A DNA stretch of 64,000 bases from Pseudomonadota bacterium (GCA_041178425.1 JBEGVH010000026.1:35427-99426); one strand, 5' to 3'; shown: positions 19,744-28,923, counted from the stretch's first letter. The notes: a model not told the origin generated them from the sequence alone. Program-made: numbers and translations.

Positions 19744-20624
19744 TTCCAATGATCATTGTTTTTGGATTGATTGAGGCAAAGGCCAGAATGCCACCGGCTT
19801 TTGGCCCAAAGGCTGTAGCCCTAGAACACATTGTTCATAACTATCAACAGCAGCGGCTTGTTTGGGTCAACATTGCCAAAGGTCTTAAGGCCATCGGTAC
19901 TGATTGTAAACCCACCGGACAAAGCAGCCTCAGCACTCAGATCTTGGCTGATTGCCTTTACAAAATCGATGTCGCCGTTGCCTCCATTGATCGAGCGGAG
20001 GTTCGTTCGCCGCTGCTAAATCGCCGGCTCACTCAAATTCCAAACGAATTTAATTCTATCAGAGAGGCCATTAAAACTGATTGTAATGAAAAACAAAGAT
20101 GGCTGCGGCAGCAAAAAAACATGTTGGCTGAAGTTGGTCATTATCTTTTTTCTCAAATGAAGGATCGCGTTCTCGTAGATATAAAGCACGATTTAAATCA
20201 AATCAGTAAACGGAAGCGATTGGAAAGTCTCTGTTTGTCATCGGACAATAGCTTATCGGTGTTCAAGAAACTGATCTCCTTTTACGAGAGCCAGGCTCCT
20301 GAATACATCGAGTTGGATCGCCTTAGAACTCAGATTGTTTATCAAATTTGGCTTATGGATTTTTTGAAAGATCAATGCCCCTCGCAGCCCTCTCTAACTG
20401 AGATCAGAGAGGTTCTAAAAAAAGTTGAGCTTTTGGTTAATCAAAAAACATTTACCGAATACAAAAAGAGAGCGTGTCACGGGGGTGAGAGTTTTGGAGA
20501 GGTTGAGTCTTTTGAGTGCCTGCAGCTACCGCAAACACCCGAAGCGCTCAGTGTTCTCTCGCGAATGAGTGAGCAAAGTCGGTCGATAAAGTCTGTTAAG
20601 GCTAGCCCAGGAGGAGCTCAATGA
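19728..20624 (+). CDS. Secreted helical Cys-containing hypothetical protein (toxin operon gene 2)
   Basis: AGGAG RBS, overlaps gene 1 by 16 nt, signal peptide ending AKA, 7 Cys. Confidence 0.75.
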   Translation: MHTLVIPMIIVFGLIEAKARMPPAFGPKAVALEHIVHNYQQQRLVWVNIAKGLKAIGTDCKPTGQSSLSTQILADCLYKIDVAVASIDRAEVRSPLLNRRLTQIPNEFNSIREAIKTDCNEKQRWLRQQKNMLAEVGHYLFSQMKDRVLVDIKHDLNQISKRKRLESLCLSSDNSLSVFKKLISFYESQAPEYIELDRLRTQIVYQIWLMDFLKDQCPSQPSLTEIREVLKKVELLVNQKTFTEYKKRACHGGESFGEVESFECLQLPQTPEALSVLSRMSEQSRSIKSVKASPGGAQ

Positions 20625-22123
20625 TATCAACAGGTAAAAAGATTCTTAATATCACCTTGAGTTTTTCTCTTTCGGGGTTTTCTTTGCCTTCGTTTGCACA
20701 GGAAGTAGATCGCCCGGTTTTAGTGAGTTCGGTCATTGAGATTGAGCTCGGTGGCGATGGTGAGCGCTTTGGGCAGTGGAACCGAGAACACACAAAGTAC
20801 CGATGCGAATATGGATGTGGCCCACACCGGTCTTCCGATGGAAATGGCTATGGTAACGGTGCTAATGCAGGGCCTCCGGCATCGAGTGGAGGCGATGGAA
20901 CAAAAGGTTCAAGCGGCGATCATCGTGATAGTCGATTTCACAGGAGTGACCAAGAAAGAAGTCTTAAAACCGAGGAGTCTGCGTGGAGAGACTACCAAGA
21001 CCAGGTGGCGCATAAGAACACGAGTGTGCGAGAGTCGCTGCGACTACTTTGGCAGAAAGAAGACATCCATTTTTATGACGACGATTTGGCTACACTTCTC
21101 CTCCAGCGAGGGAAACCTGCCTCAAGGCAAGAAGATCAATACCAGTCTTCGGAGGATTTTATCGATCGTGCGATGCCTTCTCAATTGAAGAATCACCCTT
21201 ATCTTCCCCTTCGCAGAGATACGCTCGGAGGACTGGTGAGTGACGCCTATCAGAGTCACCATAAAGAGGAACTCTCGATGATTCGTCATGGCTATTTGGC
21301 CCAGCATCCGAAATCACCTCAGGCTAAGGAGGCCTATAGGGCTGGGCTTTTTGCGCTGAAGGAAGCCGATCAGGCCTACTTGCAGGGGTTTATAAAGGCG
21401 GGTGAGTATTTTGAAAAATCAGCTCGATTACTTTTAGATGTAGTGAGTGACCTCAATCCAATGACAGCTCTCACCAAAGATCTCTATCGGGTCTTTGTAG
21501 GAAAAGATCCGGTGACGGGTCTGCCGTTGAGCGCGGGTGAACGTTTAATTTTCGGAGGCCTCTCGATTTTAGGAGTTGTGACGCTTGGGGAATCTTCGCT
21601 CTTAGAGGCGGGATTAGGCCGAATGGTGAAGCTCGTCAATGCTAGCGCTGGTGAAGCGAATACTGTTTTGAAGATTTTTTCACAAGCCAGAGCGATGGCT
21701 CATGCCGCTGGAGTGAATGGGCGAGAGGCATTAAAAAACTTTCTCTCAATCGTTCAAAATGATGTGGGTGCCGTTGGTGATATTGGATTTCTTTTACAGA
21801 GCGTAAATAAACACGGACTTTGGTCGAAGGGGCAATATAAAAAGAGTGTTCAAAATGCTTTTTCGCACTTTAAAAAACACCGCACTGAGTTTCCAGAACT
21901 GAAGAACGGCATTGAGTATGTTGAGGCTGCCCATGACTTTATTACTAGTCCCCCATTGGGAACTTTGTCAAAAACCCGTGCTAACGGAGAGAGAATTTTG
22001 TATTCTCCCACAAGTGACGTGTTTGTTGTTCAAAGTGTGGATGGTGCACCAAAAACAATGTTTAAACCCAATCCCGCGGTTCATGGGTACAAAACCAATA
22101 AGGAGTACTACGATGCCCAATAA
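20621..22123 (+). CDS. Polymorphic toxin: signal peptide, pre-toxin TG domain, C-terminal CdiA-CT/colicin-like RNase domain
   Basis: ATGA overlap; PSFA|QE signal; VGKDPVTGLPLSAGER PT-TG motif; NAFSHFKKHRTEFPE..YVEAAHDF..TRANGERILY..GAPKTMFKP C-terminus. Confidence 0.8.
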   Translation: MISTGKKILNITLSFSLSGFSLPSFAQEVDRPVLVSSVIEIELGGDGERFGQWNREHTKYRCEYGCGPHRSSDGNGYGNGANAGPPASSGGDGTKGSSGDHRDSRFHRSDQERSLKTEESAWRDYQDQVAHKNTSVRESLRLLWQKEDIHFYDDDLATLLLQRGKPASRQEDQYQSSEDFIDRAMPSQLKNHPYLPLRRDTLGGLVSDAYQSHHKEELSMIRHGYLAQHPKSPQAKEAYRAGLFALKEADQAYLQGFIKAGEYFEKSARLLLDVVSDLNPMTALTKDLYRVFVGKDPVTGLPLSAGERLIFGGLSILGVVTLGESSLLEAGLGRMVKLVNASAGEANTVLKIFSQARAMAHAAGVNGREALKNFLSIVQNDVGAVGDIGFLLQSVNKHGLWSKGQYKKSVQNAFSHFKKHRTEFPELKNGIEYVEAAHDFITSPPLGTLSKTRANGERILYSPTSDVFVVQSVDGAPKTMFKPNPAVHGYKTNKEYYDAQ

Positions 22124-22391
22124 GAGTTTTAGCCTATTAAAACAGTGTCGTGTTTGTGGTTATGAATTTGATGATTTGTATCCGTGGGGTGTTGATGGAA
22201 AAACGCCTTCATTTGAAATATGCGATTGCTGTGGAACTGAGTTTGGTCATGATGATGCAACTCTCTTGGCGATTAAACAAAAACGAGCGAAGTGGATCGA
22301 AGGTGGTGCTCTGTGGGCGCGGCCTCAGGTGCGCCCGTCTCATTGGAGTGTGGAAACAGCATTGGCAAAAATTCCTCATGAGTACCTGTGA
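22113..22391 (+). CDS. Putative Cys-rich immunity protein (CxxC...CxCC, CPCC-like)
   Basis: AGGAG RBS then ATG 22113 overlapping the toxin stop; CRVCGY..PWG.DGKTPSFEICDCCGTEFG..D..R.KW; no signal peptide. Confidence 0.8.
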   Translation: MPNKSFSLLKQCRVCGYEFDDLYPWGVDGKTPSFEICDCCGTEFGHDDATLLAIKQKRAKWIEGGALWARPQVRPSHWSVETALAKIPHEYL

Positions 22392-22410
22392 GGAGACATT
22401 GTTCAGTTAT

Positions 22411-23172
22411 CTAACGTGATCCCTGTGAGTACTCGTTCTCGGTATCGTTTTGGTTGAGAAGTGTTGGATGCCGGGGGGTATGTCCCTTTTTGCAGTACTT
22501 CGATTCGATTCGGTGAATAGAATAGTCGAAGGTTTTGTAGTTCGAAAATAAGTTGGGAGAATAGAACGTCGGATTTTTCGCAAGAAAATGATAGCATGTT
22601 TGTCCGAACGTTATATAGCGTGTGTAATCACACGGCGTGGAATCAAGCAACGCCTGAGCACGAGTGAATTGGGATTTTGAATCAAAGTGAGTGTCTACAT
22701 AACAGGCGCCATTCATTGGACGAATCCCCTTTGGGCACTCGGCGATGCTCACCGTTTCGCTTTTTCTTCGGTTGGGGTTCTGATCATTCTCTGTTTTCAT
22801 ACACGACATGTTTCCGATTTTCCAGAAAAGAGGCTTCGTTGAATTGCAATGAAAAAAACTGACAGGCCGCAATTGGTATGGTTTTTGGTTTTGCGATTCT
22901 GAAGCTGTGTTAATTTGTTCAGATTCCAATTTAAAACAACTTTTACCATCAGAGAGGAATACGGGCTTGCCTTTATTGCAAAGGCTAGCGTCGCGAATAA
23001 TTTCATTTTCTCCCGAAGAATCACTCTCAGCTCTCTCGACACAGTGGCCGTTATTATTCCAATAAACTAGCGGTACGCCTGCTTGCGCGGCGACTCCGTA
23101 AGAAAGAACGCTGACTGTCAAGATGAGTGACGCGATCAGTGGTGTGGCCGTTCTTTTTTGCGGTTTCTTCAT
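22411..23172 (-). CDS. Secreted Cys-rich repeat protein
   Basis: GAGGA RBS before ATG 23172; signal peptide AQA|G; three P-x-(Y/F/W)...C..E...C repeats. Confidence 0.7.
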   Translation of the reverse strand: MKKPQKRTATPLIASLILTVSVLSYGVAAQAGVPLVYWNNNGHCVERAESDSSGENEIIRDASLCNKGKPVFLSDGKSCFKLESEQINTASESQNQKPYQLRPVSFFHCNSTKPLFWKIGNMSCMKTENDQNPNRRKSETVSIAECPKGIRPMNGACYVDTHFDSKSQFTRAQALLDSTPCDYTRYITFGQTCYHFLAKNPTFYSPNLFSNYKTFDYSIHRIESKYCKKGHTPRHPTLLNQNDTENEYSQGSR

Positions 23173-23209
23173 GGTTTCCTCATCTAAAAAATCCTCATTG
23201 TTTACTTCT

Positions 23210-23224
23210 GCAAACAAAGTGCCG
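23210..23224 (-). promoter_or_regulatory. Putative sigma54 promoter
   Basis: Minus strand CGGCAC-TTTGT-TTGC, 38 nt upstream of ATG 23172. Confidence 0.6.
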
Positions 23225-23253
23225 ATGGAATGTCTCAAAATGAGGCATGCGTT

Positions 23254-24603
23254 TTATTGTCGATGGTTATTTCTTACAGTTACGGGAATAGCAACGAAGT
23301 ACCACCCATAACCGCCAAGGAGAAGGGCAAGGTAGAGGAGAGCTAGCTCTTTATTGATAACCACCATCGATACCATGCAAAAGACAGCCAGAAGGAGTGA
23401 GACCGCCGGTGCCCAAGGGTAAAAGGGCGTCTTAAAAGGACGATTAAGTGAAGGTTCTGTTCGGCGCAGTTGGAAGAGCGAAAGGAGCGACAATATATAC
23501 ATCGTCAGTGCACCGAAAACAGAGAGAGTGATGATTTCTCCCGTGTGCCCTGTGAGCAAGGCCAAGAAACCAATCAACATATTTAACAGCAGCGCGGCCG
23601 CCGGAGTTTTTCGTTGCGGATGAATTTTTCCTAAGATCGCCGGAGCGTATCCAATTCGTCCAAACTCAAAGGTGGCTCTTCCTGCTACTAGAATGATTCC
23701 GTGAAAGGAAGCCACCAGGCCAAAGAGTCCTATGGTGATGAGGAGATGATAGTAAAAATTATTTTGGCCAACAATGTGGGCTAAGGCCAAGGGCAAAGGG
23801 GAGTCTGAAGAGGCTGAGGATCCTTCTGGATAAACGATCGTTTCCCAACCATTCACCCCAATAGCAGAGAAAAAGGTAAGGATTGCTAAAAATACCAAGG
23901 TGGCCATTGATGAACCAAAGCCGCGAGCGATGTCTTTTTGTGGATTTTTACTTTCTTCGGCTGTGTTTGCAAGACCTTCTATGGCTAAATAAAACCAAAT
24001 AGCATAGGGGATCGCCGGAAAAACTCCCCACCAACCATTGGGCAAAGAGTTAGTTGTAAAAGCGCTCCAAGAAAAATGGGGTAGGGTCACGCCGGCGAAA
24101 ATCAAAAGTTCTACCACGGCCAAAACCGTTACGACCACCTCGAAGAGTGCAGAGTGTTTGACCCCGTATATGTTGAGACCTGTAAAAATCAAGTAGGCAC
24201 CCATGGCAATGGCGAGGGCTGGGATTGTTGGAAAAAAAATATTAAAGTAGGCACCGATTGCAGCAGCAATAGCTGGTGGAGCAAATATAAACTCCACACA
24301 TTGAGCCATGCCAGCAAGAAATCCCAGTTTGGGTCCCAAGGCACGATTAGCATAAACAAAGGCTCCGCCCGCTTTGGGTAACAGGCAGGCGAGTTCGGAG
24401 TAACTCATCACAAAAGTAGAGTACATCACGGTGACAAGAATCATCGCTACGAGCATTCCGAGAGGGCCGCCCTCGGGCAGTCCTAAATTCCATCCAAAGT
24501 ACATTCCTGAAATCACGTATCCCACGCCGAGACTCCATAGCATCAGGGGGCCTAAGGTTTTGTCGAGTTTCGTTGTATCGTTTGTGGTCGAAGGACAGTT
24601 CAT
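23254..24603 (-). CDS. eat: Ethanolamine permease (APC family)
   Basis: LWSLGVGYVISGMYFGWNLG, EFIFAPPAIA, AIWFYLAIEG, FGLVASFHGII signature motifs. Confidence 0.9.
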   Translation of the reverse strand: MNCPSTTNDTTKLDKTLGPLMLWSLGVGYVISGMYFGWNLGLPEGGPLGMLVAMILVTVMYSTFVMSYSELACLLPKAGGAFVYANRALGPKLGFLAGMAQCVEFIFAPPAIAAAIGAYFNIFFPTIPALAIAMGAYLIFTGLNIYGVKHSALFEVVVTVLAVVELLIFAGVTLPHFSWSAFTTNSLPNGWWGVFPAIPYAIWFYLAIEGLANTAEESKNPQKDIARGFGSSMATLVFLAILTFFSAIGVNGWETIVYPEGSSASSDSPLPLALAHIVGQNNFYYHLLITIGLFGLVASFHGIILVAGRATFEFGRIGYAPAILGKIHPQRKTPAAALLLNMLIGFLALLTGHTGEIITLSVFGALTMYILSLLSLFQLRRTEPSLNRPFKTPFYPWAPAVSLLLAVFCMVSMVVINKELALLYLALLLGGYGWYFVAIPVTVRNNHRQ

Positions 24604-24915
24604 GTTGAGACCATACTCGAAGACTTGAGGCGTGTCTAATGGGGATTTTAAAGTTGGTTTAGTTTTTGGTCGTCATTAGTTTTACAAAATACTGATGGTT
24701 GTAATTCTGATTCCTTCGATGGCTGAGCCAAAAGTTTAGAAATTCGTCAAATCCAGAAACAGCATTGTTAGGTGTTTGCTGTTATGTGTGTTCTTTTCGC
24801 CAAATGAGGGAGGGTTTTCTGGTAAAAAAGTTTGGAGATTCTTGAAAACGATTTGAGCAATTGCATTACCGTAGACAGAATTTGAAACTTTAAAGACGGT
24901 TCTTTTGGTTCTGCG

Positions 24916-24930
24916 GGGAACGAATGTTGC
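24916..24930 (+). promoter_or_regulatory. Putative sigma54 promoter
   Basis: GGGAAC-GAATG-TTGC about 40 nt upstream of ATG 24972. Confidence 0.45.
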
Positions 24931-24971
24931 TCTTTCGGCTGGTAGGCAATTTAAAACAATGAGGTTGATGC

Positions 24972-26918
24972 ATGTCTCAGACGGAACTTAAGATAAAGAA
25001 TAGTACTTTGATTACAGTGTTCATCTTTGCGATTCTTACTGTGAGCTGTAGAGACAGCTTTAAAGAATCCACTCAAAAAGTAAACATCGTGGTCTCAGAT
25101 CAAGCGATTTCTTCGGAGTCAGAGCCACAGGATTCCTTGGGGCCTCAAGCAAATTCATCTGGTACGGGCACTCCATCAACGAGTTCGTCGTGGAATGATA
25201 TCTTAGATGACACGAATCGAAAACCCACGGTAAAAGATGCCTACATTGAACCCGAAAAGGACAAAAAGTTGAGGATTGGGCTTGAAGCATTTTTAGCCAG
25301 TGATGGGGATGGTGACACACTCACTTTAAGTGTCGTTGATCAGCAAGGGAAAGAGTCTTCTCTATATCAAGATCAGTTCACGATCATATCCCGAGTGCCA
25401 GGCAATCCTTCACAGCTAGAAATTCAATCAAGTCTTATTGGAGCAACCAGTGTTGTTATTCGAATTTCCGACGGTAAAGCGTCTAGTGATGTGACCCTTA
25501 CTATTTCGCCGAAAAATCCTCTTTCTGCTTTTCGCCCTGCTCTAGCCGTTAATAAAGCGCAGTGCTTATTGTGCCACTCTCAGATTAAAGGAAATTTTGT
25601 GAGTTCCCTGGGAACTGATCAGTTGAAGACGACCATTGGATTTCATAATAGTGAGTCGAGAGATAGTGAAAGTCGTGGGCGTGAGTTCGACTATATGTTT
25701 GGTGATTATGTGAGTTACTACTCGAAGTCGCTGTTTATGACCTCTTATTTTGATGGCACAATTTTTGTTCCAAATAGAAAGCTTTCGAGTTCCGCTCAAG
25801 CTCAGGCTCAAAGCCTGATCAGTGAGGGGTTGGAGCCTCAGGTTATAAAAGCCAATTCTCCAAGCTTGGCGCTTTTCGATTATTCATCAGCTCCTCTGGA
25901 TATGCTATCTCAACTCAAAGGTCCTAAGACTGGTGCGCAGTATCTGTTTTCAATGTTACAGTTTCAAAATAAGGATTTTGTTGATGTTTCAAAAAGTTGG
26001 TATGGCATCAATAAAAGCACACAAAGAAATGCTAACATTGTAGAAGTTCAAGATATTAATATCAGTGCTCCGTCTGAAGAGGTAATCAAACAGAAAGTAA
26101 AGAGTGGCGAGACCTATTCCTATTACGCCCAAGGAAGCGGGAGCGCTTCGTTGAAAAACTTTGGTGTTAGACCTGTTCGACGTGGGTTAATGGGGCAAGG
26201 TAAAGTGCTTTTTGGAAATAATCCCTCGGAGGTCATGGAATGCGATGGAGACTTATTCGTGAAAGGGGCGGTGTTTCTCAAAGACTTGCGTTTGCGAACC
26301 AAGGTGGGGTGTCGCATTCATGCCACAGGAGTTGTTTTTGTCTCCGGTTCGATCGCGGACAATTCAAAACCGGAAGAAAAGAGTGGTTATGTTCTGGTGG
26401 ATCCTACTGAGAATAGTAATTTGGAGATTGTTTCTTCGCGCGCTATTTTGATGGGTCTTGGTTATGTGAATCCTAATTTAGGGGGAGTGTCAGGTTCAGT
26501 GAGTCCATTGAAACGATTGCTCGCTCCGGGGTTTGGATTGCCGTCGGGCACAATGGAAGATGTTGATCTTTTTGTTGGTTCGTCGGCTCAAGATAGTATC
26601 GTTTTTGATGCAGGAACAGATCCCGCTAAAGGCGAGACTTCCTATGGAGGCTTTCTTGATGCTCGACGAAAAGTTAGTTTTGAGCGACTCCTTGTTAATG
26701 CGCCCGTCATTCATTCCCGTTACAGCGGAGACTTTAAGGGAGTAGTAATCTCAGATTTTGCGCTATGGTCACTGGGACAATTTAAATATGAATACGATCC
26801 AATTTTTGATCGCGTTCCTGTGCTACCCATGATTGATGGTTCTAATTATTTTGCCGTGACTCAGTGTAGTGAATCAATGAAAGTCATGTCGCACGCCAAC
26901 CTGAGCGAATGCCGATAA
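24972..26918 (+). CDS. Lipoprotein with cadherin/Ig-like domain, single CxxCH motif and beta-rich C-terminal region
   Basis: LTVSC lipobox; DGDGDTLT...ISDGK Ig-like motif; CLLCH; GAGG RBS. Confidence 0.75.
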   Translation: MSQTELKIKNSTLITVFIFAILTVSCRDSFKESTQKVNIVVSDQAISSESEPQDSLGPQANSSGTGTPSTSSSWNDILDDTNRKPTVKDAYIEPEKDKKLRIGLEAFLASDGDGDTLTLSVVDQQGKESSLYQDQFTIISRVPGNPSQLEIQSSLIGATSVVIRISDGKASSDVTLTISPKNPLSAFRPALAVNKAQCLLCHSQIKGNFVSSLGTDQLKTTIGFHNSESRDSESRGREFDYMFGDYVSYYSKSLFMTSYFDGTIFVPNRKLSSSAQAQAQSLISEGLEPQVIKANSPSLALFDYSSAPLDMLSQLKGPKTGAQYLFSMLQFQNKDFVDVSKSWYGINKSTQRNANIVEVQDINISAPSEEVIKQKVKSGETYSYYAQGSGSASLKNFGVRPVRRGLMGQGKVLFGNNPSEVMECDGDLFVKGAVFLKDLRLRTKVGCRIHATGVVFVSGSIADNSKPEEKSGYVLVDPTENSNLEIVSSRAILMGLGYVNPNLGGVSGSVSPLKRLLAPGFGLPSGTMEDVDLFVGSSAQDSIVFDAGTDPAKGETSYGGFLDARRKVSFERLLVNAPVIHSRYSGDFKGVVISDFALWSLGQFKYEYDPIFDRVPVLPMIDGSNYFAVTQCSESMKVMSHANLSECR

Positions 26919-26924
26919 CGTCAA

Positions 26925-26964
26925 AAGAGGTAGTTAAAGTGTTTGAGCATTTTAGCTGCCTCTT
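26925..26964. terminator. Long hairpin between convergent genes
   Basis: AAGAGGTAGTTAAA...TTTAGCTGCCTCTT (with G-U pairs). Confidence 0.5.
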
Positions 26965-27009
26965 CGGCTGATCCTAAACTCGGTGAATAATGTTTTGAGG
27001 TTTACTTTT

Positions 27010-27375
27010 TTAGCCATCCGCCTCGCCTGAAACAGTCCACATTTTTTTTGCGGCGGCGAAGGCCTTCGAGAGGGGTTTTTCTTGAACGGTTTTTTTGCCG
27101 ATAATATCGAGACCCTCAATAAGCCATTGGGCCATCACAGGGACTGTGAGATGGTAAAAAACTCTGCGACCTTCTTTTCGCTCGGCCACAATGTTTTGTG
27201 CTTTCATGATCGCGAGATGTCTTGATGTGGTGGATTGGCTTATTTTTAGTCTCTCTTGAATGGCGGTCACATCGAGCTCGCCCTGATTGAGTTCCTCAAT
27301 AATGAGTATTCGATCAGGGTGAGAGATAATGCTGAGAAGCTTTGCTAATTCTGCGGCTGCAACTTTGCGATACAT
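27010..27375 (-). CDS. ArsR/SmtB family transcriptional regulator
   Basis: ISHPDRILII..L...SQSTTSRHLAIM...ERKEGRRVFY. Confidence 0.9.
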   Translation of the reverse strand: MYRKVAAAELAKLLSIISHPDRILIIEELNQGELDVTAIQERLKISQSTTSRHLAIMKAQNIVAERKEGRRVFYHLTVPVMAQWLIEGLDIIGKKTVQEKPLSKAFAAAKKMWTVSGEADG

Positions 27376-27384
27376 GGGTGCTTC

Positions 27385-28023
27385 CTATTTTCGCGTATTG
27401 ATTTCAGATTCAAAAAAGGTAACTTCACCATTGGATAGATCGTAAATTCCGCCCACCATTTTGATCTCTCCATTCTGCTCAAGGTCTCTAATGATCGCAG
27501 AACGATTACGGATTTCGCTGATAGAATGTTCGACGTTTCTTCGGGTGATCCAATCCACTTTTTCTTGATAGGAGAGTTGTTGATATTTTTTATCGTTAGA
27601 AGGAACAGAGAATTGAATTTTATTTAGTACCGATCCTAAATTTCCGAGTTGGACCTGATCGATAGCGCCTTTAATTGCGCCACAATTCGTGTGACCCAAA
27701 ACCACAACAGCTTTGGCTTCTACGACCTTGCAGGCAAATTCAGCGCTTCCAAGGATGTCTTCGTTGATCACGTTCCCTGCAACTCTGATACTAAAAATAT
27801 CACCCAAACCCTGATCAAAAATCGTCTCGGCGGGGGCGCGTGAGTCCATACAGCTGATGATGACTGCAAAGGGGTGTTGGCCTTCTCTGGTTTCGTTGAC
27901 CTGTTGGAGTAAATTTCGATTAACCTTTAAATTATTAACAAAACGATGATTGCCTTCTGCTAAGAGCGCAATAGCTCTTTCAGGCGATATGGAATCTTGA
28001 AGTTCTTTTGTGAGTGTTTTCAT
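27385..28023 (-). CDS. Beta-class carbonic anhydrase
   Basis: Zn ligands CMDSR and GHTNCGA; FDQGLGDIFSIRVAGN. Confidence 0.95.
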   Translation of the reverse strand: MKTLTKELQDSISPERAIALLAEGNHRFVNNLKVNRNLLQQVNETREGQHPFAVIISCMDSRAPAETIFDQGLGDIFSIRVAGNVINEDILGSAEFACKVVEAKAVVVLGHTNCGAIKGAIDQVQLGNLGSVLNKIQFSVPSNDKKYQQLSYQEKVDWITRRNVEHSISEIRNRSAIIRDLEQNGEIKMVGGIYDLSNGEVTFFESEINTRK

Positions 28024-28051
28024 AAATCCTCCAGGTTCAAATAAATACCTT

Positions 28052-28077
28052 TACATATGCACCTAAATACATATATA
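28052..28077. promoter_or_regulatory. Candidate ArsR operator in divergent promoter
   Basis: Imperfect inverted repeat ATATG(C)A-cctaaa-T(A)CATAT; repeated TACATAT. Confidence 0.35.
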
Positions 28078-28130
28078 CATATAACCATGATGATTTAAAA
28101 AGAAAAGCTTTTTTTTAGGAGATCTTTGGT

Positions 28131-28895
28131 ATGTATCGCCTTGAGACAAAAGAATACCTTAAAAATCGGTTCATAGGGTTATGGTCACTTCTGGCCTTTC
28201 AAGCAGGTTTTTTAAACTCCCTTGGGTTCTTGGCCTGTCAGCGTTTTGTGTCGCACGTGACGGGGTTCGGGACTCACGTTGGAATTTCACTGGGTGAGGG
28301 CAACTATTGGATGGCTTTTGAGTTGTTTACAGCGCCTCTCAGTTTTATTTTAGGAGCTTGGCTCAGCGCCTATTTTACGGTGGCTCGACAATCCAGAGGT
28401 TTGGTGCCCCGTTATGACTTAGTCACTTTGTTTATTCCATTAATTTTGTTTGTGATGATGAGTCTAGGGGTGAAGGGAATGTTCGGTGTTTTTGCCGGGG
28501 CCCATTCGTTTCAGCAAGATGCCCTGCTTTTAACCGCTCTCACTTTTATTTGCGGTCTGCAGAATGGTTGCTTTGCAACTCTCACGAAGGGCCAAATTAG
28601 AACGACCCATTTAACAGGAATTAGCACCGACTTGGGCACTGATCTAGCGCTCACTTTGAATGGTGAACTCGCAGGAGAAGAGCGTCGTCAAGCCATTCGC
28701 AGAAACCTGATGAGACTCGCGACGTTTTCTAGTTTTTCTGTGGGTGCATTGATTTCGGCCATTGTTGATTCTCAGCTGCTATATTGGTCGTTCGCGATTC
28801 CGCTAGTGACATCGCTCATTGTGGCGGGAGTTTTTCAAGCCGTGAAACATCAGGTTGATGAGGGTCATCTCGACAAAAAAAGTCAAATGGCGTGA
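28131..28895 (+). CDS. YoaK/DUF1275 family membrane protein
   Basis: AGFLNS, FVSHVTG, GLQN, IRTTHLTG..TDLG motifs. Confidence 0.9.
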   Translation: MYRLETKEYLKNRFIGLWSLLAFQAGFLNSLGFLACQRFVSHVTGFGTHVGISLGEGNYWMAFELFTAPLSFILGAWLSAYFTVARQSRGLVPRYDLVTLFIPLILFVMMSLGVKGMFGVFAGAHSFQQDALLLTALTFICGLQNGCFATLTKGQIRTTHLTGISTDLGTDLALTLNGELAGEERRQAIRRNLMRLATFSSFSVGALISAIVDSQLLYWSFAIPLVTSLIVAGVFQAVKHQVDEGHLDKKSQMA

Positions 28896-28923
28896 TTACA
28901 GGATGGGTTGATGGATCTCTGGA

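Noticed and set aside
21912..22112. N-terminal extension of the immunity ORF
   Set aside because: Overlaps the toxin coding frame; the RBS supports the start at 22113
26911..26918. GCCGATAA sigma28 -10 match
   Set aside because: Coincides with a stop codon, is followed by a hairpin, and has no same-strand gene downstream
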